From a virus (taxonomy: Duplodnaviria; Caudoviricetes), in the IMG/VR virus record IMGVR_UViG_3300037042_000951, positions 1-55,642 of that record: DNA of 55,642 nt. One strand, given 5' to 3'. Under the pieces are notes generated by a model. The model worked only from the letters and a program-made list of their open reading frames with translations, was not told the DNA's origin and did no database searches. The translations under genes were made by a program, and so were the position numbers. Shown here one piece after another: positions 25,510-35,711 of the stretch (the stretch's first letter is position 1; each line of letters begins with the position of its first letter).

Positions 25510-25968
25510 ATGGCATTTTCTGGCAATTTCATGTGTACAAGTTTTAAACAACAGATTTTAGAAGCGGTGCATGACTTTCGCGGTGGTGGTGGTGGAGACT
25601 CTTTTTACTGTGCGCTGTATGATAATAGCGCTAATTTTACAGCAAATACCACCACATATACTTCAGTTAACGAAGTCCCAAATTCTGGATCCTATGTTGC
25701 TGGAGGGGGTCTGTTAGTCAATGTGTCTCCAACTACTAATGCCCCTGTAGGAACAACTGCGTTTCCAAGTTTTACTAACTTTTCTTGGACTAGCGCTACT
25801 ATTAATGCATATGGTGCGATGATTTATAACAGTACCCCAACACATACTTATACAAATCCTTCTGTAGTTATTTTGGATTTTGGGGGGCCAAAAAGCTCTG
25901 TATCAGGTACATTTCAAATTGTTTTTCCAGCAGCAACCGCTTCTACGGCGATTATTAGAATCGCTTAA
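25510..25968 (+). CDS. Tail-associated virion protein
   Basis: CTSFKQQIL...YVAGG...GAMIYN...VILDFG. Confidence 0.65.
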   Translation: MAFSGNFMCTSFKQQILEAVHDFRGGGGGDSFYCALYDNSANFTANTTTYTSVNEVPNSGSYVAGGGLLVNVSPTTNAPVGTTAFPSFTNFSWTSATINAYGAMIYNSTPTHTYTNPSVVILDFGGPKSSVSGTFQIVFPAATASTAIIRIA

Positions 25969-25980
25969 CAGGAAAACATA

Positions 25981-28077
25981 ATGGCGGACCGCTATTGGGT
26001 AGGTGGTACAGATGATTGGAGTTCTACCGCTGGTACTAAATGGGCTACCACTTCTGGTGGGGCTGGCGGAGCTAGTGTACCAACTAATGCTGATGATGTA
26101 TTTTTTGATGCGGCTTCAGGCGCAATTACTGTAACTATTTTAGGGACTGCAACTTGTCGTAATTTAAATTTTACAGGTTTTACGGGTAGCATGGGCAGTT
26201 TTAATGGGACGGTTCCCGTTTTAGTTGTTACGGGCAACCTTACTTTAAGTGCCACAATGGGTAATTTTGGTGATGGGTTTGGTGCCTGCCGAATTGTCCC
26301 ACCCAATATAGCTGTCACAATAACGACTAACGGAAAACAGTCTAGTTGGAATGGTTTTATTACCGCAAACGCAAGAGGGTTAACATTTGATAACAGTGGT
26401 GCTGGTAGTAGTGCATCAATTACGCTTTTAGATGATTTAAAAGTTCAAAGAGCCTATTTAACTGGTCGTGTTAGTTTAAATTTAAATAATTTTTCACTAG
26501 ATTTAATATCTGGTAGTACTGGACTTATAATTAATTGTGGTTCTATAGGACCTACACTAAATTTTGGCGCTACTGGAAAAATTATAGTACGAACTGGTGG
26601 GTCAGTACAAGTAGGTTTTTTTGCTAGCAGTGGTTTTTCAAATGTTACTTTTACAGGATCAAAACTTGTTTCTGTTGACATACTTAGTGCTACAACTTTA
26701 ATACAAAGTAGTGGGACTGTACCAACCTACGGCACTGCTGCACAAGCGCTTAATTATGTTTCGACTGCCGCTAACCAAGGATCGTTTTATTTTTATACTG
26801 CGGAAGATATAGATTGGAGTCTTGGTACTGGAGCTATACGAGCAGATAGAGCTTCTAATTTTATTTATGGAAATTGGAATTCAGGCACAAAAAATATAAG
26901 TAAAACACCAATTGCCGCCAACGCCTGTGCTGTAAATTTTGCAGCTAGTTCAGGTACAAAAACTATAAGTGGCACGGGAACATGGAGCGGTATTTCAATA
27001 GTTGTACAGCCTCAAGCAGCGGGTGTAACGTATAACTTAGGGACGGGCATAACACAAAATGCAGGAAATCAAAGATCTACTTTTACTTGGGCACCATTGG
27101 GTGGGGTTGCCTCAACTTTTAACACAAATAATTACCCAATTATAACAGGCGGTTTTGAAGCTAGTGGGGGTACATGTAATCTTGGTCTTACAGGAATATT
27201 TAGTTATGGCACTAATTTTGGTTCTCCAACTCCATACCTTGTTTCATTTGGTCCTGGTGTTAACGCTAGTAGTGCTACCATATATGCAGCAAATGCTAGT
27301 AGTAGATTATTAGCTAGTAACATGACAATTGGTACGTTGGATATATTGACTTCTTTAACAGTAACTATACCTCCTACTAGTTCAAATTTAACTTTTAATA
27401 ATATTACTAATAATACTGGGGCAACTAATACACAGATTGATTTTCCGTCAGGTGTAACAACTACTGTTAATAATTTTAACTATGGCGGACAAGCAACACC
27501 ATCACTTAATGTAGTACGTATAAGAAGCACTACTCCAGGAACAAGAGCTATATTAAGTAAAGCTAGTGGGACAGTTAATGCTAGCTATGTAGATATTCAA
27601 GATTCTGAGGCTACTGGAGGTGCTACTTGGACAGCGTTAGCTTCAAATGGAAACATAGACTCAGGTAATAATATTGGATGGGATTTTGGTACTACCGTAG
27701 TTAATGTAACAGGAGTAGCTGCGACGGGACAAGTTGGCACGGTACTTGTAGCGTTTGGAAACGTAGCTGTTAACGTTACGGGAGTTAGTGCTACAGGAGA
27801 AGTTGGAATAGTAACAGTACCTACGCTTGTAGAAGTAGTTGGAGTTCAAGCCACAGGAGAAGTTGGCATCGTTACTGTTTTTACTAGCACCGATGCTAAC
27901 GTAAATCTAATTGGCGTTCAAGCCACAGGAGAAGTTGGTATTTTATTCTTTTACCAATGGAGCATAATAATTGATACGCAAGACCCTGGTTGGGTTCCAG
28001 TTAACGATTTACAAACCCCTACTTGGGCTACAATTAACCCAAATACTTCACCCGTCTGGACAGACGTTGTTATATAA
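25981..28077 (+). CDS. Tail fibre/adhesin-like protein
   Basis: RYWVGGT..WATTSGGAGGASVPT..DDVFFD N-terminus, beta-helix-like body, C-terminal VxGVxATGxVG repeats. Confidence 0.7.
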   Translation: MADRYWVGGTDDWSSTAGTKWATTSGGAGGASVPTNADDVFFDAASGAITVTILGTATCRNLNFTGFTGSMGSFNGTVPVLVVTGNLTLSATMGNFGDGFGACRIVPPNIAVTITTNGKQSSWNGFITANARGLTFDNSGAGSSASITLLDDLKVQRAYLTGRVSLNLNNFSLDLISGSTGLIINCGSIGPTLNFGATGKIIVRTGGSVQVGFFASSGFSNVTFTGSKLVSVDILSATTLIQSSGTVPTYGTAAQALNYVSTAANQGSFYFYTAEDIDWSLGTGAIRADRASNFIYGNWNSGTKNISKTPIAANACAVNFAASSGTKTISGTGTWSGISIVVQPQAAGVTYNLGTGITQNAGNQRSTFTWAPLGGVASTFNTNNYPIITGGFEASGGTCNLGLTGIFSYGTNFGSPTPYLVSFGPGVNASSATIYAANASSRLLASNMTIGTLDILTSLTVTIPPTSSNLTFNNITNNTGATNTQIDFPSGVTTTVNNFNYGGQATPSLNVVRIRSTTPGTRAILSKASGTVNASYVDIQDSEATGGATWTALASNGNIDSGNNIGWDFGTTVVNVTGVAATGQVGTVLVAFGNVAVNVTGVSATGEVGIVTVPTLVEVVGVQATGEVGIVTVFTSTDANVNLIGVQATGEVGILFFYQWSIIIDTQDPGWVPVNDLQTPTWATINPNTSPVWTDVVI

Positions 28078-28088
28078 AGGTAAACAAA

Positions 28089-28922
28089 ATGCCATATTCT
28101 TCTTTAAAACTCGATTTAATGGTTACTGGTACCCAAAACAACCTTTGGGGGGACATTACAAATCTTAATATTGGAACAGCGCTTGAAGAAGCTATTGTTG
28201 GTAGAGCATCAGTAGTAATAGCTAATCCGCCAGCGTCTCCTCTAGCTGCAGATTTAACTTTAGTTGATTCCCCTGCTAGTCAAGTGGCTAGACATTTTAT
28301 ATTAGATATAACTTCAGCGGGCACTTTAGTTTCTACGCAAACTGTTCAAGTACCATCAATTGATAAGCCCTACATTATAGAAAACAACACTACAGGCGGG
28401 CAAGCGCTTTTAATTAAAACTGCTGGTGGTGCTGGAGTTACAGTCCCAGCTGGTACTAAAACACTAGTGTATGCATACAATGATGGTGTATCTAATAACG
28501 TAGTTTATGGAATTAATTACCTAAGTGCTCCTACTATTACAGGAGGAACTTTTACAGGCCCAACATTAAGCCAACCTATAACTAACGGTGGTAAATTAGT
28601 AGTAAGTGCTCTTGGTACTTTATTTACAGGTACAACAACTATTAATCTAGCAATTGCTCAGGTCTATACAGCCACTATAACTGCTAGTAATGTAATTACT
28701 TTTGCGTTTTCTAATGCACCACCAGCTGGGCAGTCTCAAGTAGTTTTACTACGATTAACAAACGGCGGTAGCGGAACAATAGTCTGGCCCGCAGGTACTA
28801 AGTTTGCAAACGGAGGCACTGCTCCATCTCTAACAATATCTGGCGTAGATATGCTAGGTATTTATTATGACGTTACTACAACTACATATATGGTATTTGT
28901 TATTGGGACAGACATACAATGA
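28089..28922 (+). CDS. Tail fibre/baseplate-like structural protein
   Basis: WGDITN N-terminal module; C-terminal ..WP...F.GG.AP.L....VD module typical of fibre proteins. Confidence 0.65.
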   Translation: MPYSSLKLDLMVTGTQNNLWGDITNLNIGTALEEAIVGRASVVIANPPASPLAADLTLVDSPASQVARHFILDITSAGTLVSTQTVQVPSIDKPYIIENNTTGGQALLIKTAGGAGVTVPAGTKTLVYAYNDGVSNNVVYGINYLSAPTITGGTFTGPTLSQPITNGGKLVVSALGTLFTGTTTINLAIAQVYTATITASNVITFAFSNAPPAGQSQVVLLRLTNGGSGTIVWPAGTKFANGGTAPSLTISGVDMLGIYYDVTTTTYMVFVIGTDIQ

Positions 28923-31456
28923 GTTCTGAACTTTTAATTATGGGTAGTTCACCACAGTCTTATACATTAGATGCGTGGGGTCAAAACCCAAGGGGACAGC
29001 TTGGAGAAAATCCACATTATTTTGGGTTTCAACAACTAACAACAGGGGCGTTATCTACAGAAAATTTTGTTCAAGTCGAGAGTTGTGGTTTTGCTCATTT
29101 TGCTTTAACTAGCGGGGGAAACTTATATGGCTGGGGCAATTCAGAAGCTATAGGAAGTGGTGTTTTTCTTAATTATGTTAGTTATTTAACACCCCAGTTA
29201 GTATTGTCTAATGTAGCCAAGTTTTCTATTGGGAATGGGCAGTTTGCTTCTCCCTCCGCTGATTATATAGTTATGGCTATTAAAACAGACGGCACTTTAT
29301 GGATGACAGGAAACACTAATTACAATTGGGGGAGAACCTCGTTTACATATGCTACAGATTGGAATATATGGACCCAAGTAAATACGGTTGGGTCAATTTG
29401 TCAAAAAGTATCAGTTTCTAAAAATGATTTTGGGACTAGTAGTTTATTTGCGTTATTACTAAAAACTGACGGCACTATGTGGGCTATAGGAAACAATGCT
29501 AATGGGCAGCTAGGGCAAGGCAATACAACTAGTAATTTTGCTGTTTTTCAGCAAGTAAAAGGTACTGGTGGGGTTGGATTTTTAACTAACGTTGTTGATA
29601 TATCTGCAGGCGGATACAGTTCATATGCTGTTATTAGTTCTGGCGCTGCTTATGGGTGGGGGCTTAACAGTAATGGAGAAGTTGGTGATGGGACTACGTT
29701 TCCAACCAATGTAACTTCGCCTTCACAGATTAAGTATGGGGCTGTTTTAGGTGGTGCTAATGTATCTACAGCTGAAAAAATATTTGCATGGAGTAGGGGT
29801 GCATACATAACTGTAACGCCAGGATCAGGTCCAGTTGCCTATCAATTAAAAACTAATTTATATGGGTGGGGTAAAGCAGATAGTACTAACCTCGCACTAA
29901 CTGATTTTTGGGCTGGTTCTAGTACAACTGCTGCGCTACCTATAATCGGGGCTAAAAATTCAATAGGTGCACTTCTTCCTGAGCCACTTACTGTTACTAA
30001 AGTGATGGGGTCTTTATTTGCAAATACAGCAATTATAACTAGTGGTGGTTTGTTGCTTAATTGGGGTGGTATTGCTAATAATGCGTGGGGGCAAGCTGGT
30101 AGAAGCGAAGCTCTTCAATATGGCAGTATTTTATACCCAACAGCTGTAGATGCTGCCACAAATTGGTCTTTTATACCTGAAGTAGAAGCTGCTACAAACG
30201 ATTTTACCTATGGGTTTAGCGCACCCGCAGCTCATACGTTAGCTGGCAAGTCAAATAATAAAATTTATGGAACAGGGGCTAATATTCAACAGTCATTCGG
30301 TATATATAATAAAAATAATAGCCCTACTCAAATTGGAACAAATCGCCAATGGATAACTTTATCTTCTGGTGATGACGAAGTTAGTCTATTTATAAATAAT
30401 CAAGGTGAACTTTATGGTGTTGGAAATAACACTCTTTCGCCACTTGGAAATTTAGGAAGTCCATCTCGCTTTTCGCCTACACAGTTATCTGCCATAACTA
30501 CTCCGTGGGTTGACGTTTCTACAAATGGTTATTCAAGCGCAGCTATTCTTAAAGGCGGTATTTTATATGCTTGGGGATATAACAATCAAGGCGAGTGTGG
30601 TTCTGGTGTACCAACTATTACTTCAATTTCGCAAGTAATAAACTATACTGGGGGACTTCCAACTAGTGGAGCATTATCTGTATTTATGGGTGGCTTTATT
30701 AGTCAGGGGTGGAGTTCTGTTCTTTACGATAACGGAAAAGTTTATACTTCTGGCAGTAATTTATATTATACGCTTGGTAATGGCGGTGGTGGCATTTTTA
30801 ACCGTGTTTTTTTTGCTCCAGTTCAAGATTACACTTTTAATGATTTACAAAATGTAGAAAAAGTTTGGTATGGTTATGCCCATGCTTTCGCTAAATTAAG
30901 TGTCGGTGATCCAGCATCTGGTGGCAACAATATATTTGCGTGGGGGGATAATAGTACAGGCGCACTAGGAGTTGGAAACACAAGTGTTTATACTCGTGCA
31001 ACACCATCTGGTGTATATAATCCTTTCCTTGAAATAACAAAAATTGTAGGTGGAGATGGATTTTCTATAGTCCTTTTTGCTGACGGAACCGTTGAAGCGA
31101 CGGGGACAAATACTTATGGGCAGTTAGGTAACGGCACTACCACGAATACTACGGTATTTGCTCCTGTAAGAAATTCAACTAATACGGCGGATTTAATTGA
31201 TGTTGTTGATATTGGTGCTACCCGCGACTCCGCATTTGCTGTTCTCTCAAATGGTGACGTTTTCTTATGGGGGAGAAACACTATAAATACTGGGTTTCCA
31301 GCTAAAACAGCTGATCCTTATTATGGGCTTCTTGTTCCAAGTGACAACACAGCGTTTTTTACATTACCTACATTAGTTGGAAATTACCCAAACGTAGCTT
31401 CTATACCAACAACTCCTACAGCAATTAATGCTGCTTTTTTATTAAGGAATATATGA
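28919..31456 (+). CDS. RCC1/BLIP-II repeat beta-propeller protein (probable receptor-binding protein)
   Basis: Repeated DGTxWxxGxNxxGQLG units. Confidence 0.85.
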   Translation: MSSELLIMGSSPQSYTLDAWGQNPRGQLGENPHYFGFQQLTTGALSTENFVQVESCGFAHFALTSGGNLYGWGNSEAIGSGVFLNYVSYLTPQLVLSNVAKFSIGNGQFASPSADYIVMAIKTDGTLWMTGNTNYNWGRTSFTYATDWNIWTQVNTVGSICQKVSVSKNDFGTSSLFALLLKTDGTMWAIGNNANGQLGQGNTTSNFAVFQQVKGTGGVGFLTNVVDISAGGYSSYAVISSGAAYGWGLNSNGEVGDGTTFPTNVTSPSQIKYGAVLGGANVSTAEKIFAWSRGAYITVTPGSGPVAYQLKTNLYGWGKADSTNLALTDFWAGSSTTAALPIIGAKNSIGALLPEPLTVTKVMGSLFANTAIITSGGLLLNWGGIANNAWGQAGRSEALQYGSILYPTAVDAATNWSFIPEVEAATNDFTYGFSAPAAHTLAGKSNNKIYGTGANIQQSFGIYNKNNSPTQIGTNRQWITLSSGDDEVSLFINNQGELYGVGNNTLSPLGNLGSPSRFSPTQLSAITTPWVDVSTNGYSSAAILKGGILYAWGYNNQGECGSGVPTITSISQVINYTGGLPTSGALSVFMGGFISQGWSSVLYDNGKVYTSGSNLYYTLGNGGGGIFNRVFFAPVQDYTFNDLQNVEKVWYGYAHAFAKLSVGDPASGGNNIFAWGDNSTGALGVGNTSVYTRATPSGVYNPFLEITKIVGGDGFSIVLFADGTVEATGTNTYGQLGNGTTTNTTVFAPVRNSTNTADLIDVVDIGATRDSAFAVLSNGDVFLWGRNTINTGFPAKTADPYYGLLVPSDNTAFFTLPTLVGNYPNVASIPTTPTAINAAFLLRNI

Positions 31457-31713
31457 AATACGTAAAAATTGAAAACGGGGAAATTGTCTGGGGGCCAGCA
31501 TTTATTCCAAGAACGTGGAAAAACATAAGCGGGTTTCATAACTTATCTCCAGAAGCGCTTAAAGAACTTGGATGGCTACCGTTTATTGACGCTGAACCTC
31601 CATACCCTAATTTTATAAAACTAAATGTTACTTATGAGATAAACGAAGAAAATGTATTAGAAAAATGTGAGTTTCAAGAAGTAATACCTGAAGAACCAGA
31701 ACAAAAAACTTGA
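31453..31713 (+). CDS. Putative tail fibre assembly/chaperone protein
   Basis: 86 aa with LKELGWLP, directly after the fibre genes. Confidence 0.5.
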   Translation: MKYVKIENGEIVWGPAFIPRTWKNISGFHNLSPEALKELGWLPFIDAEPPYPNFIKLNVTYEINEENVLEKCEFQEVIPEEPEQKT

Positions 31714-31730
31714 GGTGTAAAAATTGAGCT

Positions 31731-32183
31731 ATGTCAGACGAACTTGGATTAGGGGCTGGTGCCAAGGGTATCAGCGAAGGGTTTAAGACTGGTCGAGAGG
31801 CTGGGCGGGAAATCGCCAAGAACATTGAAGATGTTCATAAGGAAGCAGTAGATGTAGCAAAGCAGCAAGCAAATGCAAAGATTCGTGAGCGTAGAGAAGC
31901 AGAGTTTAGGAAGGAACGGGCAATATTTAAAGCCCTTGAAGAGTACCGACACCGTAAGAAAATATCGGACGAAGAGTATAAGTTAAGGGTAGATTTTATT
32001 AAGCAGTACGGCACAAAAGAGTGGCAGAAGCTGATAGACATCAAGACGGAGATTGAGAAGCTAGAGAAAGAAGACCGCAAGTATTTTGATGCGGAGTTGG
32101 AAAAAGTTAAGTGGGTGCAATTCTGGTGTTTCTTAGCGGCTGCATGGATTGCTTATTTTATTGTATGGGGGTCTAAAAGATGA
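31731..32183 (+). CDS. Coiled-coil protein with C-terminal TM (lysis region)
   Basis: Ends FWCFLAAAWIAYFIVWG. Confidence 0.7.
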   Translation: MSDELGLGAGAKGISEGFKTGREAGREIAKNIEDVHKEAVDVAKQQANAKIRERREAEFRKERAIFKALEEYRHRKKISDEEYKLRVDFIKQYGTKEWQKLIDIKTEIEKLEKEDRKYFDAELEKVKWVQFWCFLAAAWIAYFIVWGSKR

Positions 32184-32440
32184 ATATGCAAGATCTTTTA
32201 AAAGCGGTTATTCCTATTGTGGTTGTTTGCTTAGGCTGGTTGCTTGGTCAGGTATCGTCATTCCAAACCCGTCTTACTCAGATTGAAGGCAAGATGCCAT
32301 CCCTAATTACCAACGAGGGCGTACCAACCGACAGCCCAATATCCGCAGAACGCAGAACCAAGATGAAAGAAGAATTTTACAAAGAACTAAACGATCTTAA
32401 TGTACGGGTCAAACTCCTTGAAGAAAGAGCAAAAAAATGA
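32180..32440 (+). CDS. Membrane protein, N-terminal TM + coiled coil (lysis region)
   Basis: AVIPIVVVCLGWLLG. Confidence 0.7.
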   Translation: MNMQDLLKAVIPIVVVCLGWLLGQVSSFQTRLTQIEGKMPSLITNEGVPTDSPISAERRTKMKEEFYKELNDLNVRVKLLEERAKK

Positions 32441-32919
32441 TTACCCTGTTTACTACCCTTATATCGTTCCTGTCAGGGGGATTGCCTAACCTACTAGGAT
32501 TCTTCCAAGACAAATCCGACAAAAAGCATGAGATGGACATGGCTCGTTTGCAGACGGAACGGGAACTCCAGATGATGGAGAGAGGCTTTCAAGCTCAAGC
32601 CCATGTAGAAGAGATCAAGACCCAGCAGATAGAGATGCAGACCCAAGCCCAAGAAAGGGCGTCTTTGTATGCTCACGACATCGAGATTGGCAAGGGTGCT
32701 TCTCAGTGGGTTACAAATTCACGGGCTATGGTTAGACCAGCCATTACCTATGGTATGTTCATCATGTTTATGTTTGTGGAGATCTTTGGGTTCTGGTTTG
32801 CCTTTCATCGGGAAGTGGCTTTTGACGTAGCCCTAAACCTCCTATGGGATGATGAGACCCAGATTATCTGGGCAAGTATTGTTTCTTTCTGGTTTGGCAC
32901 ACAGGCGTTCAAGAAGTGA
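32437..32919 (+). CDS. Putative holin (3TM GTA-holin-like)
   Basis: VRPAITY...IVSFWFG signature, upstream of the endolysin. Confidence 0.7.
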   Translation: MITLFTTLISFLSGGLPNLLGFFQDKSDKKHEMDMARLQTERELQMMERGFQAQAHVEEIKTQQIEMQTQAQERASLYAHDIEIGKGASQWVTNSRAMVRPAITYGMFIMFMFVEIFGFWFAFHREVAFDVALNLLWDDETQIIWASIVSFWFGTQAFKK

Positions 32920-33023
32920 ACGAGTTTATTGCCTTATTTAATGCTTATCCTTTTGGCGTTTGCCTTGGATTAGCAGTTTTTATTAACTACACTTTTTTAC
33001 TAATTGTCCATGCGTGTGAGTGA
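32916..33023 (+). CDS. 35-aa hydrophobic peptide between holin and endolysin
   Basis: GTGA overlap with the holin stop; MNEFIALFNAYPFGVCLGLAVFINYTFLLIVHACE. Confidence 0.5.
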   Translation: MNEFIALFNAYPFGVCLGLAVFINYTFLLIVHACE

Positions 33024-33486
33024 TAAAGCCATCAAAATGATTAAGCACCACGAGGGTGTCCGTCAGCGTCCATACCGCTGTCCCGCTAAATTGTGGACGA
33101 TTGGTGTCGGGCATGTACTCTACCCACGGCAGGGTGCTTTAAAAATAGATGAACGGGATAGTACCCCACTGGAATACAAAGATGACCGTACCTTTTCGAT
33201 GGAGGAAGTAGATGACATTCTTAGAGATGACCTTAATCGCTTTGAGCGAGGTGTTGAACGCTACTGTCCCGTTAAGCTCACTCAAGGTCAGTTCGATGCT
33301 CTTGTATCTTTTAGCTTTAATGTTGGTCTGGGAACACTACAGCGCTCAACCCTCCGTCAGAAGGTTATTCGGGGCGAAATGGAAGAGGCGGCAGAGGAGT
33401 TCTTGAAATATACGCTGGCTGGGGGTAAAGTACTGAAAGGCTTAGTCACTCGCAGAAACGACGAACGAGCATTATTTTTATCTTAG
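33010..33486 (+). CDS. Endolysin, GH24 lysozyme
   Basis: E-x8-C-x5-T triad (HEGVRQRPYRCPAKLWTIG), QFDALVSFSFNVG, GLVTRR. ATG 33010 preferred over TTG 33004. Confidence 0.93.
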   Translation: MRVSDKAIKMIKHHEGVRQRPYRCPAKLWTIGVGHVLYPRQGALKIDERDSTPLEYKDDRTFSMEEVDDILRDDLNRFERGVERYCPVKLTQGQFDALVSFSFNVGLGTLQRSTLRQKVIRGEMEEAAEEFLKYTLAGGKVLKGLVTRRNDERALFLS

Positions 33487-33497
33487 GGTAAACCCGT

Positions 33498-35390
33498 ATG
33501 CCATTTATTAAAGTACAACTAAAACCAGGTGTTAACAGAGACCAAACCAATTACACCAACGAGGGTGGGTGGTATGAGTGCGACAAAATTCGGTTTAGAT
33601 CTGGGATGCCGCAAAAAATAGGTGGATGGTTAAAAGCTGTTTTTACAGCTTTAATTGGCACATGCCGTCAAATGTTTGGTTGGTATACTACTTTTGGTGA
33701 TAACCTTTTAGCTCTTGGCACAAACATAAAAGTTTATATAGATGCAGGTGGTGCTTTCTACGATATTACGCCGTTGCGTCAAACAACTGCTCCTGGGGAT
33801 ATTACATTTTCTGCAGTAACAATAGCTCCTTTTTCATCTACTATTACTGTAACTGACGCAGCTCATGGTTGTGTTGACGGTTCGTACGTAACATATAGTG
33901 GTGCAGTATCCTTGGGTGGCAATATTACAGCTGCGGTTCTAAACCAAGAATATGTAGTTGATCTTGTTATATCTAGTAGTCAATACACAATAACTGCAAA
34001 GAATACTAGTGGCGTTACGGTTATTTCTAACGCTTCTGATATTGGAAACGGTGGTGTTCTTACAGTAGGGCGGTACCAAATAAACCCAGGTGCGGCTGGT
34101 GGAACTTATGGTTATGGCTGGGGTACTGGGACTTGGGGTCGTGGCACATGGGGTTCTCCGTCAAGTGTGCCTTATATTAATGCTCAAACAGACTGGATAT
34201 TTGCCAATTTTAATAACGATTTATTAATGAATCGTAGAGAGAACAATAGAGGTCCTATTTATATATGGGAACGGGGCGTCTTATCTACTCCAGGAGTAGC
34301 GTTAGTAACTAGGGCAGTTTTGTTATCTTCTATTGCAGGTGCGTCTGATGTTCCTGCAGAAGTTGGGATTATCTTAGTTTCTCAGAACGATAAACATTTA
34401 CTTGCTTTTGGTGCTACTGAGTACGCAGGTGCTACTTATAACCCCCTGTTAATACGCTGGGCAAACCAAGATGAGCCAGAAAATTGGACTCCTTTAGTTA
34501 CTAATTCAGCAGGATTTTTACAAGTTTCTCGTGGTTCTAGGATTATTACAGCACTCCCAACCCGCCAAGAGATACTAGTATTTACAGATACTACTCTTAA
34601 TTCTTTGCAGTTCCTTGGCACTACAGATGTATTTGGTATACAAGAACTGTCAGACAATATTTCTGTGGCTAGTGTTAGGTCTGTCACTATGGCTAGTAAC
34701 GTAGTTTACTGGATGGGAATTGACAAATTTTATGCCTATAACGGTAGAGTAGAAACACTGCCATGTACACTTCGTAATCATGTTTTCCAAAACTTAAACT
34801 ACGACCAATTAGATCAAATTATTTGTGGCACAAATGAAGGCTGGAATGAAGTATGGTGGTTCTACCCAACAGCTAATAGTTCAACCAATGATGCATATGT
34901 TATTTATAGTCATGTAGATAAAATTTGGTATTACGGGTCTATAAATAGAACCGCTTGGATAGATAATCCATTACGCCAGTATCCCCAAGCAGTGGGCGGG
35001 CAGTATTTGTATAACCACGAAGAAGGCATTAACGATGACATAGCGCCTATGAATGCTTATATTAGATCTTCCGATTTTGATTTAGCAGAGGGCGAAAACT
35101 ATATGCTTCTAAGACGTTTGATACCAGATGTGGAATTTGGGGGTTCTACTGCCGCAACGCCAGCTGTTGATATCACTCTTTACCCAAGAAACTATCCAGG
35201 AACTGCATCATTTAATGGAGCAGTCAATACTAGACCTATTATCGAAACTTCAGCAAATATCTATACAGAACAAGTATTTATAAGAAGCCGTGCTCGGCAA
35301 ATGGCGCTTCAAATAGCGTCTGATGAGTTAGGTGTTCAATGGCAATTAGGTAGTCCTCGGATAGATGCTAGACCAGATGGAAAACAATAA
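33498..35390 (+). CDS. Tail nozzle / packaged-DNA stabilization protein (P22 gp10 / T7 gp12-like)
   Basis: KIRFRSG.PQKIGGW N-terminus, beta-propeller-like body, IRSRARQ..WQLG C-terminus; precedes the ejection genes. Confidence 0.7.
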   Translation: MPFIKVQLKPGVNRDQTNYTNEGGWYECDKIRFRSGMPQKIGGWLKAVFTALIGTCRQMFGWYTTFGDNLLALGTNIKVYIDAGGAFYDITPLRQTTAPGDITFSAVTIAPFSSTITVTDAAHGCVDGSYVTYSGAVSLGGNITAAVLNQEYVVDLVISSSQYTITAKNTSGVTVISNASDIGNGGVLTVGRYQINPGAAGGTYGYGWGTGTWGRGTWGSPSSVPYINAQTDWIFANFNNDLLMNRRENNRGPIYIWERGVLSTPGVALVTRAVLLSSIAGASDVPAEVGIILVSQNDKHLLAFGATEYAGATYNPLLIRWANQDEPENWTPLVTNSAGFLQVSRGSRIITALPTRQEILVFTDTTLNSLQFLGTTDVFGIQELSDNISVASVRSVTMASNVVYWMGIDKFYAYNGRVETLPCTLRNHVFQNLNYDQLDQIICGTNEGWNEVWWFYPTANSSTNDAYVIYSHVDKIWYYGSINRTAWIDNPLRQYPQAVGGQYLYNHEEGINDDIAPMNAYIRSSDFDLAEGENYMLLRRLIPDVEFGGSTAATPAVDITLYPRNYPGTASFNGAVNTRPIIETSANIYTEQVFIRSRARQMALQIASDELGVQWQLGSPRIDARPDGKQ

Positions 35391-35662
35391 TGTCTTTATA
35401 TAACATTCGTGCCCCTTCGTTACCAGTTCAACCTGACGAGTATGACAATCGTCAAATGGATCAATTCCAAAATGCTTTGCGTTTGTATTTTAATCGTTTA
35501 GATGACTATAACTCTCAAGCGTCTGTTGTGCCTAGTGGGACTACAGCGGACAGACCAACATTAAGTTTACAGATTGGTCAGTATTATTTTGACACTACGA
35601 TAGGACGTCCAATTTGGTGGAACGGTACTAATTGGATAAATGCTGCTGGAACTGTAGTTTAA
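35390..35662 (+). CDS. Small tail-associated protein
   Basis: LRLYFNRLD plus GTTADRP..GQYYFDTT..PIWWNG module. Confidence 0.65.
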   Translation: MSLYNIRAPSLPVQPDEYDNRQMDQFQNALRLYFNRLDDYNSQASVVPSGTTADRPTLSLQIGQYYFDTTIGRPIWWNGTNWINAAGTVV

Positions 35663-35711
35663 AAGGTAATAAGATGATAAACTCTAACCCAAATAACCCT
35701 AAGAGGCTTGT

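Noticed and set aside
28919-31456. Diversity-generating retroelement target
   Set aside because: No reverse transcriptase and no TR/VR pair with adenine-specific mismatches was seen.
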